Of a DNA stretch of 64,000 nt, positions 1 through 11,613 are shown piece after piece (the first letter of the stretch is position 1; each line of letters opens with the position of its first letter). The DNA is from a bacterium. Its GTDB lineage: Bacteria > Zhuqueibacterota > Zhuqueibacteria > Zhuqueibacterales > Zhuqueibacteraceae. The stretch is from NCBI GenBank assembly GCA_023150945.1, contig JAKLJX010000022.1, positions 28,158-92,157 on the forward strand, in the 5' to 3' direction. The notes beneath the pieces were generated by a model. That model searched no databases. It was given only the letters and a program-made list of their open reading frames with translations, and was not told the DNA's origin. Position numbers and translations under genes: made by a program.

Positions 1-3000
1 CAGGAGGCTGCCCTGCTGTTGAGCGACGGCCGCAAGCTGCCGGTCAAGGTGAGGCAGGCTGCAAAGCCGCCTTTGTCTTCTGCGCCGGCCGTGCTGAGCG
101 CTTCGCCGGCGGCCCTCGCGCTGCTGCAGAATCCCCCGCCGTTCGGTGTAGTCGTGCCCCAGGGGCCGCAATGTACCGATGGCGAGGTCCACGATGACAA
201 TACCATCGAAAACGGCTATGGCTGGAATCCCTCGCTGGTCTCGGATGGCCGTACGGTGGAGAGATTCAGCCCCGGGCCGCTGCCCTTCAGCCTTACCAAA
301 ATCTGCATTTCCTGGACGCGCACCGGTGCAGACGCGGATATCAGTTTCAATATTCAGGTCTACGATGATGATGGCGCGGGCGGATCGCCGGGCACGCTGC
401 TGACTTCCATTCCGGTGGCGGCGGCTGGAGTTCCTGTGTGGCCGTCAGCGGCCTTCTATGATTTTGATGTTTCCGGCTTGATTGCGGAAATCAATGACCC
501 GCTGGTCTACATTGGCGCGCAGTGGAATCCGATGACGGAGCCGAATTTCTTCATTTGTGCGGATGAGAGTCCCACGACCCCGCTGCAAACCGGTTACGGC
601 CAGAACGATTATGACGGGTTCGTCTGGACGCCGCTGCAAAGCTACTTCCCGGCCTATCGCGCGATGTTTATCCGCGCAGAGGGCGAAGCTGCATCCGGAT
701 GTCCCTGGTTGAGCGAGAGTTTGACTTCCGGCTCGATTCCGGCGGGCGGCAGCCAGGAGGTGACGGTTTCCGTGAGCGCGGGCACGTTGCTTCCCGGAAC
801 CTACAACTGCAATCTTGTTATCGACAGCAACGATCCTGATGAGCCGCAGGTCACGGTGCCGGTGCAGCTCACCGTTACCCCGCTGGCGCCGCCGGACATC
901 GCCGTGAGTCCCGCTTCTTTTGCCTTTACCGTGATGGAAGAAGGCTCGGACAGCGGAATCATGACGATCACGAACACGGCAGCAGCCGGCGCGGATAACC
1001 TGGATTGGGAGATTGAAGAGCAGGAGGCCGTGCTCATGCTCCGCGACGGCCGGAAATTGCCAGTCACTCTGCAAGCACAGAATCGAGATCCCCGTCTGGC
1101 GGCGCAGCGCCAGGGTGAAAAATCCGGCGGCCGTGTGAATGCCGGCGGCTTCGAGGAGACAACTTCGCAACGCGGCCTAAAAGCGCCGGAGGAGAAATTC
1201 GTCGCAGCGCCGTTTACAACGAACACACTGGTGCTGCAACCCGGCGTGTCGATCGGTAACTCCATCCTCGAGGCTCTGGATCAACTCGGCGTGATGCACG
1301 ATTTTCTCATAACCAGCGACTTCACCACCATCGACTTCAGCCTCTATCAGACTATCATCGTTGGAATGGATGGCGGCGCGATCGAGACCGCCAGCGTGCA
1401 GGCGCTCGCCAATGCCGCCGCCAGCGGCAAAAAACTGGTGATGTATGGCGGCACCAACTACGGGCCGTATTACACCGGCATGAGTGCCTACTTGCTGCAG
1501 CACACCGGCACGCAAGGTTGGACCATCTCGGCACCGCCGCATTTGACCGTTACCAGCCCGGGCGATCCGTTGGCAGCCGGCCTGCCCGCCTCCTATACCT
1601 ACGCTGATGCCGCCGCCGCCTTTTACATGCTGCGCATCAATGATCCGGCGGCCACAGTGGTAGCCATGAATGGCGACGGCCATCCGGCTTTGGTGCGCAA
1701 GAGCATCGGCAGCGGCACGCTGGTCTATTCGATCAGCTCCCCGTTTGACGCCTACTATTCGAATCCGTCGGATTTCGAGATTCTCAAGACCATCGTCAGC
1801 AACGCCATCAACGCCGGTGGCTGCAGTTGGTTGACCGAGAATCCGACGAGCGGATCGACTGCGGCGGGAAGCCAGAATCAGGTCAGCCTCGTGGTCAACA
1901 CCATCGGACTGCAGCCGGGTGAGTATGATTGCAATCTTCTCATCACCAGCAATGATCCCGATGAGCCGGAAGTCACGGTGCCGGTGCATCTCACGGTGGT
2001 ACCGAAGCCGCCGGCAGACATTGACGTTTCGCCCTCTTCGTTCAGCTTCACTCTGCCGGAGGAGGAGGGGGTGGCCGCGGCCACGATGACGATCGCGAAC
2101 ACCGCCCCGGCCGGCCATGATGATCTCGAATGGAGCATCGCCGAGCAGGAGGCTACGCTGGTTTTGAGCAATGGCAGGAAACTCGCGGTCAACCTCGGGC
2201 GGCGCAGCAGCGGGGCGGCAACCCAACCCAACGCGCGGCTGGAGAACTTCAATCCCCATGCCGGCAAATACGACGCGGATTTGCCTCCCGGTCCGCCGGT
2301 AATTCAAGGTGCGGGCGGCCCGGATGGCTTCGGCTATACCTGGATCGACAGCGATGAACCCGGCGGTCCGGCCTTCAATTGGCAGGACATCACCGGTGTG
2401 GGCACGCCGGTGAACTTGTCGGATGATTCCTTCATCGAGGTGGCGTTGCCGTTCACTTTCCCGTTCTATGGCGTTGACAAGTCACTGGTGAAGATTTCTT
2501 CCAACGGATTCCTGGCCTTTGGGCCGAACGGGACGGATCTCAACAACACGCCATTGCCCAACGCGGGCCAGCCGAACGACATCATCGCGGCGTTTTGGGA
2601 TGATCTCGACCCGGGCCTGGGTGGAACGATCCACTACTACCACAACGCCGGCGCGAATGAGTTCATCGTGCAATACACCGGGATTCAGCATTTTGGCGGC
2701 AGCGCGCCTTACACTTTTCAAGCCATTTTGCGGTCAAACGGCAGCATGCTGTTCCAGTATCTTGGGATGCAGGGCCCGGTCAATTCCGCCACGCTGGGTG
2801 TCGAGAACAGCAGCGGCACCATCGGCTTGCAGATCGTCTTCAACGCCAATTATGTGCACGATAACCTGGCGGTGGCGATTCAGGCCGCCTGCCCCTGGAT
2901 CTCCGAAGATCCTGTGAGCGGCGTGATCCCACCGGGCGGCAGCGAGCAAGTGGCGCTATCGGTCAGCACTGCCGGTTTGGCGGCTGGAACCTACAACTGC

Positions 3001-5703
3001 AGTCTCCTGGTCAACAGCAATGATCCGGATGAGTCGCAGATTACAGTTCCGGTCGAGTTGATTGTAATTCCGCTGATTCCACCGGAAATCGAGGTCACGC
3101 CGGCCTCGTTTGCCTTCACGCTGCCCTACGGCGATGCTTCAACGAGCGGCACCATGACGATTTCCAATCTGCTGCCGCCCGGCCCCGGCGCCGATAATCT
3201 GGATTGGAACATAACGGAACAAGAAGCAGCGCTGGTTTTAAGCGACGGCAAGAAGCTGCCGGTCAGTGTGCGTCCGCATGGCAGCGGCTCGCGCAAGTCA
3301 CACCTTTCGCCCAGCCGTGTCGATGGAGGGACTCCGGCCGCCGGATTGCTTTCTGCTTCGCCGAGTCTGAGCTTCAATGGCGCCGGCACTGCCGAGGCGC
3401 CGGTCAATCCCGCCGAGGTGCTCTACGACCAGATGGATTCACCGGGTTTGAACAGTATCACCTCCCAGAACTTCGAAGCTGCAAACGATGCTTTCGATAA
3501 CCAGGCGGCGGATGATTTTGTTGTGCCGGCCAGTGACGGCGCATGGACGATCGAGCGCGTGGAAGTGGCAGGGGTTTATTTCAACGGCACTGGGCCGGTC
3601 GCTTCGGTCAACGTGTGGTTCTATCAGAATGCGGGCAATTTGCCGGGAGCAGAAGTGTACAGCGCCCTCGAAGTTGTTCCGAGCGCGGGCATTGCCAACG
3701 GTTCGTTTGTGATCGATCTGCCGGCGCCGGCGATTCTTACGGCCGGCGCGTACTGGGTTTCGGTACAAGCCAACATGGATTTCACGCCCTTCGGACAGTG
3801 GGGCTGGACCGAACGCACGGTGGCGTCGAGCAATCCATCCGCATGGCGCAATCCCGGCAACGGATTTGGCACACCGTGCACCGACTGGGGCCAGCGCGTG
3901 AGCGCTTGTGGTGTCGGTAGCGATCCGGATCTGTTGTTCCGCTTGAGCGGCATGGTCGGCGGCGGGTGTTTGTGGCTGACGGCGAATCCACTGAGCGGCA
4001 GCATTTCACCGGGCGGCAGCGAAACCGTCGAGGTGACCGTGAGCGCCGCCGGTCTGGCACCGGGCACGTACAACTGCACGCTGATCGTCAATAGCAATGA
4101 CCCGGATGAACCGCAGGTGGCAGTCCCGGTTCAGCTCGATATCGTTGTCGATGCCGTGATCTGGATTCCGGATGACGTGCTCAATCCGGATCTTGCGCGC
4201 AAAGCGACGGAGCGTGGGCTGTCCATTGAAACACTACAGAACTTGTCGGTCGCACCCACCAGCCACTTGGAGTTGAAAGCAGCGCTGGAGGCCAACGGCA
4301 AAGCCGTTCTGATTACCAACACCCTGACGCAGGCGGAGATCGCACAGGCCGATTATCTCTTCGTGGTGGCGGGCATCTATCCCAACAATCACGTGATCAA
4401 AGAGACGGATCCCGAAGCGGCGCTCATTGAGAGCTACCTTGCCGCCGGCGGAAAGGTTTACCTCGAAGGCGGCGACGTGTGGTATTACGACCCCATTAAT
4501 CTCAATGGCCATGATTTCGGTCCGTCCTTCCAGATCAACCCGCTGCGTGACGGCAGCAACAATTTGAAGACGGTGCTGGGTGCATGCCTGGCCGAGGGCA
4601 AGGATTTTACTTACTCCGGAGCGAACAATTTCATCGACCAAATCGCGCCCGTGGGCACGGCATGTACCATCCACTCCAATGACAGCCCGGCCTACACCTG
4701 TGGTGTGGCGAACAGCGGAGCTTACGGCCGCACCCTCGGCAACTCGTTCGGGTTCGGCGGGCTGGATGATTTCAGCATCTCCGGCGTGAGCAAAGCCACC
4801 CTCATGGCCTCGTATCTCGATTTCTTCGACAACGGCATTTCGGTCACTGCGGTGACCTACGACTTTCCGGTGGCCAGCGGCGGCTGGTACCTGATTTCGC
4901 TGCCGGTGATCCCGGATGACAACCGCTTGAGCGTCGTGTTTCCGGAGGCGCTGGCGGCATTCGGCTGGGATTTCGCTTCGCAAAGCTACGTTGCTGCCAC
5001 CCGGCTCCTGCCGGCGCGGGGCTATTGGGTCACCATGCCTTCCGCCACCACGGTGACGGTGACCGGGCAGCCGTTGAATCAATACAGTGAAACCTACACC
5101 GCCTCCGGCTGGGATATGCTGGGCTCGGTGATCACCCGCGCCAGTGTGAACGGCGACCCCCAAGGCAACGTGTTTGCGATGTTTGGCTTCGATCCGATCA
5201 ACGGCGTGTATCACTCGGTTCGCGGGTTCGAACCGAAGCAAGGTTATTGGATCGCAGTTGCAGCCAATGAGAATGAGCCTGTTTTCCTCACCGTGAGCCC
5301 GGGAGCGAACGCTGCCCCAGCGCCCAATCCGGCAGCGATGGAGGCTTTCACCAAGCATCACGGGACTAACCCGCCTGCGCCGCCTGCTTACACGATTGAC
5401 GGCGATCGCATGGTGGCGATACCGAAGGAATATGGCCTGGCGCAGAATTATCCCAACCCGTTCAATCCCGAAACGATGATCGAGTTTCAACTGCCCAAGG
5501 CGGGCAGGGTCAGCTTGAAGATCTACAGCGTCCTCGGCCACGCAATTCGCACGCTCGTCGAAGGCGAAATGCCGGCCGGCCTGCACCGCGTGCAATGGGA
5601 TGGCAAGGATCAATCGGGGCGCGTGGCGGAATCGGGCGTCTATCTGTATCGTCTCACGGCCGGCGATTTTGTGAAAAGCAGGAAGCTCGTCTTGCTCAAG
5701 TAA
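1..5703 (+). CDS. Very large secreted modular protein (5'-partial): repeated BACON-like Ig scaffold with inserted cargo domains (including a nidogen/NIDO-like one), C-terminal FlgD-Ig/T9SS-type-A-like sorting domain
   Basis: Frame is open from base 1 ([15 protein letters not shown], the same motif as the internal repeats), so the true start lies upstream. Four 'CxW...SGxI...GTYNC...[13 protein letters not shown]' units; C-terminus '[13 protein letters not shown]...WDGKDQSG...SGVYLYRL...KLVLLK'. Confidence 0.85.
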   Translation, partial: QEAALLLSDGRKLPVKVRQAAKPPLSSAPAVLSASPAALALLQNPPPFGVVVPQGPQCTDGEVHDDNTIENGYGWNPSLVSDGRTVERFSPGPLPFSLTKICISWTRTGADADISFNIQVYDDDGAGGSPGTLLTSIPVAAAGVPVWPSAAFYDFDVSGLIAEINDPLVYIGAQWNPMTEPNFFICADESPTTPLQTGYGQNDYDGFVWTPLQSYFPAYRAMFIRAEGEAASGCPWLSESLTSGSIPAGGSQEVTVSVSAGTLLPGTYNCNLVIDSNDPDEPQVTVPVQLTVTPLAPPDIAVSPASFAFTVMEEGSDSGIMTITNTAAAGADNLDWEIEEQEAVLMLRDGRKLPVTLQAQNRDPRLAAQRQGEKSGGRVNAGGFEETTSQRGLKAPEEKFVAAPFTTNTLVLQPGVSIGNSILEALDQLGVMHDFLITSDFTTIDFSLYQTIIVGMDGGAIETASVQALANAAASGKKLVMYGGTNYGPYYTGMSAYLLQHTGTQGWTISAPPHLTVTSPGDPLAAGLPASYTYADAAAAFYMLRINDPAATVVAMNGDGHPALVRKSIGSGTLVYSISSPFDAYYSNPSDFEILKTIVSNAINAGGCSWLTENPTSGSTAAGSQNQVSLVVNTIGLQPGEYDCNLLITSNDPDEPEVTVPVHLTVVPKPPADIDVSPSSFSFTLPEEEGVAAATMTIANTAPAGHDDLEWSIAEQEATLVLSNGRKLAVNLGRRSSGAATQPNARLENFNPHAGKYDADLPPGPPVIQGAGGPDGFGYTWIDSDEPGGPAFNWQDITGVGTPVNLSDDSFIEVALPFTFPFYGVDKSLVKISSNGFLAFGPNGTDLNNTPLPNAGQPNDIIAAFWDDLDPGLGGTIHYYHNAGANEFIVQYTGIQHFGGSAPYTFQAILRSNGSMLFQYLGMQGPVNSATLGVENSSGTIGLQIVFNANYVHDNLAVAIQAACPWISEDPVSGVIPPGGSEQVALSVSTAGLAAGTYNCSLLVNSNDPDESQITVPVELIVIPLIPPEIEVTPASFAFTLPYGDASTSGTMTISNLLPPGPGADNLDWNITEQEAALVLSDGKKLPVSVRPHGSGSRKSHLSPSRVDGGTPAAGLLSASPSLSFNGAGTAEAPVNPAEVLYDQMDSPGLNSITSQNFEAANDAFDNQAADDFVVPASDGAWTIERVEVAGVYFNGTGPVASVNVWFYQNAGNLPGAEVYSALEVVPSAGIANGSFVIDLPAPAILTAGAYWVSVQANMDFTPFGQWGWTERTVASSNPSAWRNPGNGFGTPCTDWGQRVSACGVGSDPDLLFRLSGMVGGGCLWLTANPLSGSISPGGSETVEVTVSAAGLAPGTYNCTLIVNSNDPDEPQVAVPVQLDIVVDAVIWIPDDVLNPDLARKATERGLSIETLQNLSVAPTSHLELKAALEANGKAVLITNTLTQAEIAQADYLFVVAGIYPNNHVIKETDPEAALIESYLAAGGKVYLEGGDVWYYDPINLNGHDFGPSFQINPLRDGSNNLKTVLGACLAEGKDFTYSGANNFIDQIAPVGTACTIHSNDSPAYTCGVANSGAYGRTLGNSFGFGGLDDFSISGVSKATLMASYLDFFDNGISVTAVTYDFPVASGGWYLISLPVIPDDNRLSVVFPEALAAFGWDFASQSYVAATRLLPARGYWVTMPSATTVTVTGQPLNQYSETYTASGWDMLGSVITRASVNGDPQGNVFAMFGFDPINGVYHSVRGFEPKQGYWIAVAANENEPVFLTVSPGANAAPAPNPAAMEAFTKHHGTNPPAPPAYTIDGDRMVAIPKEYGLAQNYPNPFNPETMIEFQLPKAGRVSLKIYSVLGHAIRTLVEGEMPAGLHRVQWDGKDQSGRVAESGVYLYRLTAGDFVKSRKLVLLK
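700..4150 (+). repeat. Four dispersed protein-level repeats of a BACON-like Ig domain half, at ~700, 1822, 2890 and 3967
   Basis: CPWLSE/CSWLTE/CPWISE/CLWLTA starts, each followed by SNDPDE and VPVxL. The first three are followed by 'PP(D/E)IxVxPxSFxFT...MTIxN...LxWxIxEQEAxLxLxxG(R/K)KL'. Confidence 0.9.
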
Positions 5704-6307
5704 GCGCACAGGGTTCTGTGAACTTGAGAGCTTGAGCCTGCCAGGCGGAACTGCAGCACGCCTGCAGATTCTGGGAATCCGCGGCGACGGGCTTAAGCAT
5801 TCAAGCATGGCTCCGCGTCCATGTCCGTCAAGAGAGACTGCCCGGCCACTTGATCGCTGGCGAATCCAGCCAGAGGAAGCGGCCGGGCCGTGTTGTTTCT
5901 TTGCAGGACAAATGCAACCGGTCATTGCGGGCATGGTAGCGGGTGCCATTTCCATCGCGCGGGCGCCACTCGACGCATGCAGCGGCACGGCCACGGAGGA
6001 AATGAGTGTCCTGGCCGGCGAAATTTGTTCAAACCAAGTCTGCGGCCCGACCTCGAAGTTTGGTGCAGAATCTTTTGCGCAAATGTCATGTCGTGTAAGA
6101 TGGCGCGGTGAAACTATATCGCAACAAACATACACAATTGAAGTGTCAAAAAAGGAGGACGAATATGGCTGGTTGAACGCATGCTGTCGGTTTTCACGCG
6201 GCAACGCAGTCTGGTTGGATTCAAGCTGCGTGGCTGTTCAATCTTGTCGGGTCCAGTGCCCCTCATCATTGCTATGAACTCCTCAGAAAGCAGCCAAGGA
6301 GGAACCC

Positions 6308-9300
6308 ATGTCGGTTACGAAGAGTATTATCCGAACTTTCATTCTGCTCACGGCTTTGCTTGGCGTCGAAGCTTTCGCGCAGCAGGCACCGGTCGGCAGG
6401 GGGTGGACGATTCCGCTCACGTTCACGCCCAATAATCCCAATGCCAATACTTTCCATTTGGAATTCGGCACGAACTCCAACGCGACGGCCGGCTTCGACA
6501 GCGGGATCGACGAGATTGTCCCGCCGCCGGGGTTTACCTATTACGTTCACTTCGTCGCGCCGCCCCCGACCAACTTTCTTCGCAAGGACTACCGCAGCAC
6601 GGAATCGGCCTCCGAGCAATGGATTGCAGTGCTCTCCAATACGATTACGAATAACATCACCACCACCATCACCTGGAATCCCTCCCAGTTCCCACCGGGT
6701 GACATCGCCGGCACGCTGACGATCAACGGCCAGAACATGCTGACTACCGATACGTTGGTGGTCAACCCCTTCACCACTGCGGTGGTGATTCAATACACCT
6801 CGCCGGTGGTCAATGCGCCCACGGCTGACTTTTCCGGTTCACCGTTGAGTGGGCCGGCGCCGTTGTCGGTTACCTTCACGCCTGCAATCACCGGCTCGGC
6901 TGTGATCGACAGCTTCTCCTGGAGCTTCCCCGGCGGCAGTCCGGAAACGGTCAGCGGCGCAGGGATGCCGGCCCCGGTCAATGTGGTTTACAACACTGCT
7001 GGCACGTTTGACGTGTCGCTGACCGTCACGAACAATGCCGGCACGGACACGGAAACAAAGCCCGGATATGTATCTGTGCCTCCGCCCGGCAATGTGCCTC
7101 CGGTTGCTGACCCTCAGAACGTCTCCACCGATGAGGACATGCCCAAGGACATTACATTGACGGCGACCGATCCGGACGACGGCCCGCAGCCACTCACCTA
7201 CACCATTGTTGACTCACCGCAACACGGCACGTTGACGGGCACACCGCCAAGTGTGACGTATTCACCGGCAGCCGACTATCACGGCTCGGACAGCTTCACC
7301 TTCAAAGCCAACGATGGCGCAGACGACAGCAACATCGCGACGGTGTCGATGACGGTCAATCCGGTGAATGATGCGCCAACAGCGAATCCGCAAAACCTCA
7401 CCACGCTGGAAGACACACCGCTTGCCATCACGCTGACCGCCAACGATGTCGATGGTGATGCGTTGACCTTCGCGATCGTCACCTCTCCGGCGCATGGCAG
7501 CTTGAGCGGCACGCCGCCGAACGTGACTTACACGCCGAACGCCAACTACCACGGCCCGGATTCCTTCACGTTCACGGCAGACGACGGCGTGATCGGCACG
7601 GCAGAAGTCAGCGCGCCTGCCACAGTGTCCATCACGGTAACCCCGGTCAATGATGCGCCAGCAGCAAACCCTCAAAGTGTGACCACGGCGGAAGACATAT
7701 CGGTAGCGATCACGTTGACCGGCTCGGATGTGGAAGGGCAGCCGTTGACGTTCGCTATCGTCACGGGTCCCGCGCACGGCACGTTGAGCGGCACGCCGCC
7801 GAACGTGACTTACACGCCCGCCGCCAACTACTTCGGGCCTGATGCTTTTACGATCAAAGCGAACGACGGCGTTTTGGACAGCGACCCCGCAACGGTTTCG
7901 ATTACGGTTACGCCGGTAAACGACGAGCCGGTGGCGAATCCGCAGAATGTCATCGTGCAGGAGGATACATCGACGCCGATCACATTGACGGGCACAGACG
8001 TAGATGGTGACCCGCTTACCTTCACGATCGTGACCAGCCCGGCCAACGGAACGCTGACGGGAACGCCTCCGAACGTGACCTACACGCCGAATTCAGGCTA
8101 TAACGGGCCGGACGCCTTCACGTTCAAAGTGAATGACGGCCAAGCCGACAGCGCACCGGCCACGGTTTCAATTACGGTGATCGAGCAGAATGACCCGCCC
8201 GTGGCAAATCCGCAAAGCGTCACGACCAGCGAGGACACACCGGTGGCGGTCACGTTGAGCGGGTCTGATCCCGAAGACCAGCCATTGACGTTTGCGATCG
8301 TCACTCCTCCGGCGCACGGCACGCTGAGCGGCACGCCGCCGAACGTGACTTACACGCCTACCGCCAACTACTTCGGGCCTGATGCTTTCACGTTCAAAGT
8401 CAATGACGGTGTTTGGGACAGCGACCCCGCGACGGTTTCCATCACCGTCACGCCGGTCAATGATGCACCCGTGGCCAATGATCAGTCAGTCACTACGCCG
8501 GAAGATACGCCGGTCGCAATCACCTTGACTGCAAGCGATGTCGATAACGATGAACTGACGTTTAGCATCATCACAGCGCCTGCTCACGGCACGCTGAGTG
8601 GAACACCCCCAAACGTGGTTTACACCCCGGCGGCCAACTACTTCGGACCCGATGCCTTTGAGTTTGCGGCAGATGATGGACATGCCAATCCGGCGGCAAG
8701 CGATACGGCCACGGTTTCAATTACGGTTACGCCAGACATCGGAAGGCCCATCGCCAATCCTCAAACCGCATCAACCCCTGAAGATACGCCATTACCCATC
8801 ACGTTGACCGGCTCGGATGAGGAAGGCGATCCTCTCACCTTCGCGATTGTCACCTCCCCGGCGCACGGCACGCTCAGCGGTACACCGCCAAACGTGACCT
8901 ATGCGCCCGCAGCCAATTTCTTCGGGCCTGATTCTTTTACCTTCAAAGTCAATGATGGTGTTTTGGACAGCGACCCCGCCACGGTTTCCATCACCGTCAC
9001 ACCGGTCAATGATGCGCCGGTGGCCAACGATCAGAGTGTAACCACCTTTCTCGATTTACCGGTGGCGATTACTCTCACGGCCAGCGATGTTGAAAATGAC
9101 CCGCTGACTTTCATGATAGTAACCGGCCCGGCGCACGGTACGCTGAGCGGCACGCCGCCGAACGTGACCTACACGCCGAGTACCGGCTTCACGGGCAATG
9201 ATGCTTTCACATTTTTGGCCAACGACGGCCAATTGAACAGCAACACGGCGACGGTTACGATTACTGTGGATGAGGAACCTGTAGCTCCGCCGCTTGCAGG

Positions 9301-11293
9301 TTTCTTTGGCACGCCTCTGCTCGGCGTGACGCCGCTCACCGTGCAGTTCACCGACACCTCCACCGGCCTCATCACAAGCTGGCTGTGGGATTTCGGCGAC
9401 GGCCACACCAGCACCGAGCAGAATCCGCAGCACACTTATGATGTGCAGGTCGATCCCAAATTCACCGTCAGTCTCACCGTCACCGGCCCGGGCGGCAGTG
9501 ACACCGAGACCAAGGTGAATTACATTGAAGTGTTGCTCGCCCTCGAGGTCAATATCGAGGCAGCGCCGGCCTCCGGTCTGGCGCCCCTCGCGGTGGCGTT
9601 CAGCAGCTCTTCCAATCTTCCGATATCGAGCTATTCCTGGAATTTCGGCGACGGTGGCGCCAGCACCGACGCGCATCCTGCGCACACTTACCTCCAGCCC
9701 GGGGCGTACACCGTGACGCTGGTCACCGAAACGCCGCTAGGCCGCATCACCACCAGAAAAGTCAACTTTGTGCAGGTCTTCGACTGCTTCACCAAGGCAC
9801 CGCTGAGCCTGGTCTCGGGCAGTCCCACTTATCCCGGCGAAGGTTGGGATAATGCCATCGACGGGGACGTGGATGGCTGGAACGGGACCGTTACTGCGGA
9901 CGGCAACCCGCCGCAAGCCGTCTTCGGCTTTAGCGACGGCAACGCCCGCATGATCGACCGGGTGCGCCTGTTGACCGACACCAACGTGCTTTTCTCCAGC
10001 CGCTGGGTGAAGGAGTTCCGCGTGCTGGTCTCGACCACCGGCACTGCTGATAGCGACTTCAGCGAAGTGTTGGCCGGCGTCAAGACCGGCGGGGCGTGGG
10101 AAGATTTCACTTTTCCCGCGGCCGGCGCCAAGTTCGTCAAACTCGTGATCGACAAACCGGCCGCAGGATTCCGGCAGTTGGGTGAATTCGAGGTCTGGGA
10201 AGCGCTGGATGCAAATCCGCCCGACACTACCCTCTCGAGCATTGCGGTCAGCAGTCCGCACGTTGCCGACGGCGAGGACGCCGCCACGATCACCATCGTC
10301 CTGCGCGACGCCAGCGGCGCGGCGATCACCGGCAAGCCCTCGATTGCCTTCAAGCTGTTTGTCAGCGGCGCGCAGAACAGTGTCAGCGCAGTGACCGAAA
10401 CGACGATTCCGGGAACCTATCAGGCCACGCTCACTTCGCTGACCGCAGAAGTGAAAACCGTTTCAGTGTTGCTGGGCTGCACGCGCCTCAACAAGACGCC
10501 GGCAGGTGAGTTGGCAAGCACGACGTTTGTGCCCATCCCGGTCCAACTCGCCAGCCTGGTGTTCGTGCAGGGCGCCGAGGCGTATCCTGGCGAAGGCTGG
10601 GACAATGCGATTGACGGTGACGTCGAGGATTGGGACGGCACCACAACAATCAGCGGCACGCCCGCGTTTGGCGTGTTCTCCTTCGCCGGCGGGGCCACCG
10701 AGAAGGTCGCAGCCGTGCGCCTGCTAACCGACACCGGCGTGGGCTTCGGGTCGCGCTGGGTGCGGAAGTTCAGGATTCTGGTTTCCACCTCCGGCACGGC
10801 AGCGGGCAATTTCACGGAAGTGCTGCAGGGTGAGCTGAGCGGTGGCGGCTGGCAGGAATTCAGTATGACGCCGGTGTCGGCCAAGTACGTCAAACTGCAG
10901 ATCGACACGCCTGCCTCTGGTTTCCGGCAACTGGGAGAATTCGAAGTCCATGTCACCGGCAGCGGGCTGGCGAAGAGTGCAGCGGCTGAGCAGGTAGAGG
11001 AGGCGGGCCTGCCAATCGAATTCGCCCTGTCGCAGAACTATCCCAACCCCTTCAATCCAGAAACCGTGATTCGCATTGAATTGCCGGCTTCCGTCCCCAC
11101 GCGGCTGGATTTGTATGACCTGCAAGGACGCCTCGTCCGTCGCCTGGTTGACAAGCAGATGACTGCCGGTGTGCACAATCTCAAATGGGATGGCACCGAT
11201 GAGCAGGGCCGGCGCGTCAGCAGCGGCATCTATTGCTATCGTCTGCAGGCAGGTTCGTTCGTGCAGATCAAGCGCATGACGCTGCTCAAGTAG
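6308..11293 (+). CDS. Large secreted adhesin-like protein: signal peptide, PKD, 8 cadherin-like/tandem-95 (Big_9-type) repeats, 2 PKD, 2 discoidin (F5/8 type C-like) domains flanking an invasin-like Ig, CTD
   Basis: SD AAGGAGG before ATG; hydrophobic N-terminus ending AFA-QQ; NDAPVANxQ...HGTLSGTPPNVTYTP...D(A/S)FTF repeats; WDFGDG PKD motifs; paired GEGWDNAIDGD...GFRQLGEFEV; [12 protein letters not shown]. Confidence 0.88.
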   Translation: MSVTKSIIRTFILLTALLGVEAFAQQAPVGRGWTIPLTFTPNNPNANTFHLEFGTNSNATAGFDSGIDEIVPPPGFTYYVHFVAPPPTNFLRKDYRSTESASEQWIAVLSNTITNNITTTITWNPSQFPPGDIAGTLTINGQNMLTTDTLVVNPFTTAVVIQYTSPVVNAPTADFSGSPLSGPAPLSVTFTPAITGSAVIDSFSWSFPGGSPETVSGAGMPAPVNVVYNTAGTFDVSLTVTNNAGTDTETKPGYVSVPPPGNVPPVADPQNVSTDEDMPKDITLTATDPDDGPQPLTYTIVDSPQHGTLTGTPPSVTYSPAADYHGSDSFTFKANDGADDSNIATVSMTVNPVNDAPTANPQNLTTLEDTPLAITLTANDVDGDALTFAIVTSPAHGSLSGTPPNVTYTPNANYHGPDSFTFTADDGVIGTAEVSAPATVSITVTPVNDAPAANPQSVTTAEDISVAITLTGSDVEGQPLTFAIVTGPAHGTLSGTPPNVTYTPAANYFGPDAFTIKANDGVLDSDPATVSITVTPVNDEPVANPQNVIVQEDTSTPITLTGTDVDGDPLTFTIVTSPANGTLTGTPPNVTYTPNSGYNGPDAFTFKVNDGQADSAPATVSITVIEQNDPPVANPQSVTTSEDTPVAVTLSGSDPEDQPLTFAIVTPPAHGTLSGTPPNVTYTPTANYFGPDAFTFKVNDGVWDSDPATVSITVTPVNDAPVANDQSVTTPEDTPVAITLTASDVDNDELTFSIITAPAHGTLSGTPPNVVYTPAANYFGPDAFEFAADDGHANPAASDTATVSITVTPDIGRPIANPQTASTPEDTPLPITLTGSDEEGDPLTFAIVTSPAHGTLSGTPPNVTYAPAANFFGPDSFTFKVNDGVLDSDPATVSITVTPVNDAPVANDQSVTTFLDLPVAITLTASDVENDPLTFMIVTGPAHGTLSGTPPNVTYTPSTGFTGNDAFTFLANDGQLNSNTATVTITVDEEPVAPPLAGFFGTPLLGVTPLTVQFTDTSTGLITSWLWDFGDGHTSTEQNPQHTYDVQVDPKFTVSLTVTGPGGSDTETKVNYIEVLLALEVNIEAAPASGLAPLAVAFSSSSNLPISSYSWNFGDGGASTDAHPAHTYLQPGAYTVTLVTETPLGRITTRKVNFVQVFDCFTKAPLSLVSGSPTYPGEGWDNAIDGDVDGWNGTVTADGNPPQAVFGFSDGNARMIDRVRLLTDTNVLFSSRWVKEFRVLVSTTGTADSDFSEVLAGVKTGGAWEDFTFPAAGAKFVKLVIDKPAAGFRQLGEFEVWEALDANPPDTTLSSIAVSSPHVADGEDAATITIVLRDASGAAITGKPSIAFKLFVSGAQNSVSAVTETTIPGTYQATLTSLTAEVKTVSVLLGCTRLNKTPAGELASTTFVPIPVQLASLVFVQGAEAYPGEGWDNAIDGDVEDWDGTTTISGTPAFGVFSFAGGATEKVAAVRLLTDTGVGFGSRWVRKFRILVSTSGTAAGNFTEVLQGELSGGGWQEFSMTPVSAKYVKLQIDTPASGFRQLGEFEVHVTGSGLAKSAAAEQVEEAGLPIEFALSQNYPNPFNPETVIRIELPASVPTRLDLYDLQGRLVRRLVDKQMTAGVHNLKWDGTDEQGRRVSSGIYCYRLQAGSFVQIKRMTLLK
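7091..9270 (+). repeat. Eight tandem ~90-aa cadherin-like repeats with long stretches of high DNA identity
   Basis: The segment gcgcacggcacg(t/c)tgagcggcacgccgccgaacgtgacttacacgcc recurs at ~7772 and ~8312, with close variants at ~7490, ~8862 and ~9131. Confidence 0.92.
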
Positions 11294-11350
11294 TTCTGTG
11301 TTTAGGATAGCCGGGCATTGGGCCGGCCACCGGCAATAGCGTTAAACAGC

Positions 11351-11382
11351 AAAGGCGATTGAGGCAACTCAATCGCCTTTTT
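11351..11382. terminator. Bidirectional intrinsic terminator between convergent genes
   Basis: aaaggcgattgag-GCAA-ctcaatcgccttt: 13-bp perfect stem, GNRA loop, A/T tails on both sides. Confidence 0.85.
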
Positions 11383-11613
11383 CTATTTGGGAAGCATCGC
11401 AGCGTAGTCTGTCAGACTGCAAAGGAGCCAAGCTGGACGAAACTTCGCGGCCGCGCTGTTTTTTTCAGAACAATACCATGACCCGAATGAGCCGCCACCT
11501 GCGAAAGCAAAAACGCACGCAACGGTGCAATGATACGCAAAGGAAGACTTGACTTCAGTCTTCCCTGAATAGGGTCAACAGACGATTGAAATGCCTTCGC
11601 GAGCCTCTGCGCC

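Noticed and set aside
4234-6204. Long minus-strand ORF (656 aa), and similar antisense ORFs at 27424-29172, 32540-34222, 45716-47254, 16297-17724 and 58065-59471
   Set aside because: They overlap well-supported genes on the opposite strand, have no motifs and are Arg/Ala/Gly-rich shadows typical of GC-rich codon usage.
5732-6277. 181-aa ORF between the two giant genes
   Set aside because: No SD, no motif, Cys/Ser-rich atypical composition; likely non-coding leader.
7091-9270. Possible CRISPR array or non-coding repeat
   Set aside because: The repeats are in-frame ~270-nt protein domains without unique spacers; no cas genes.
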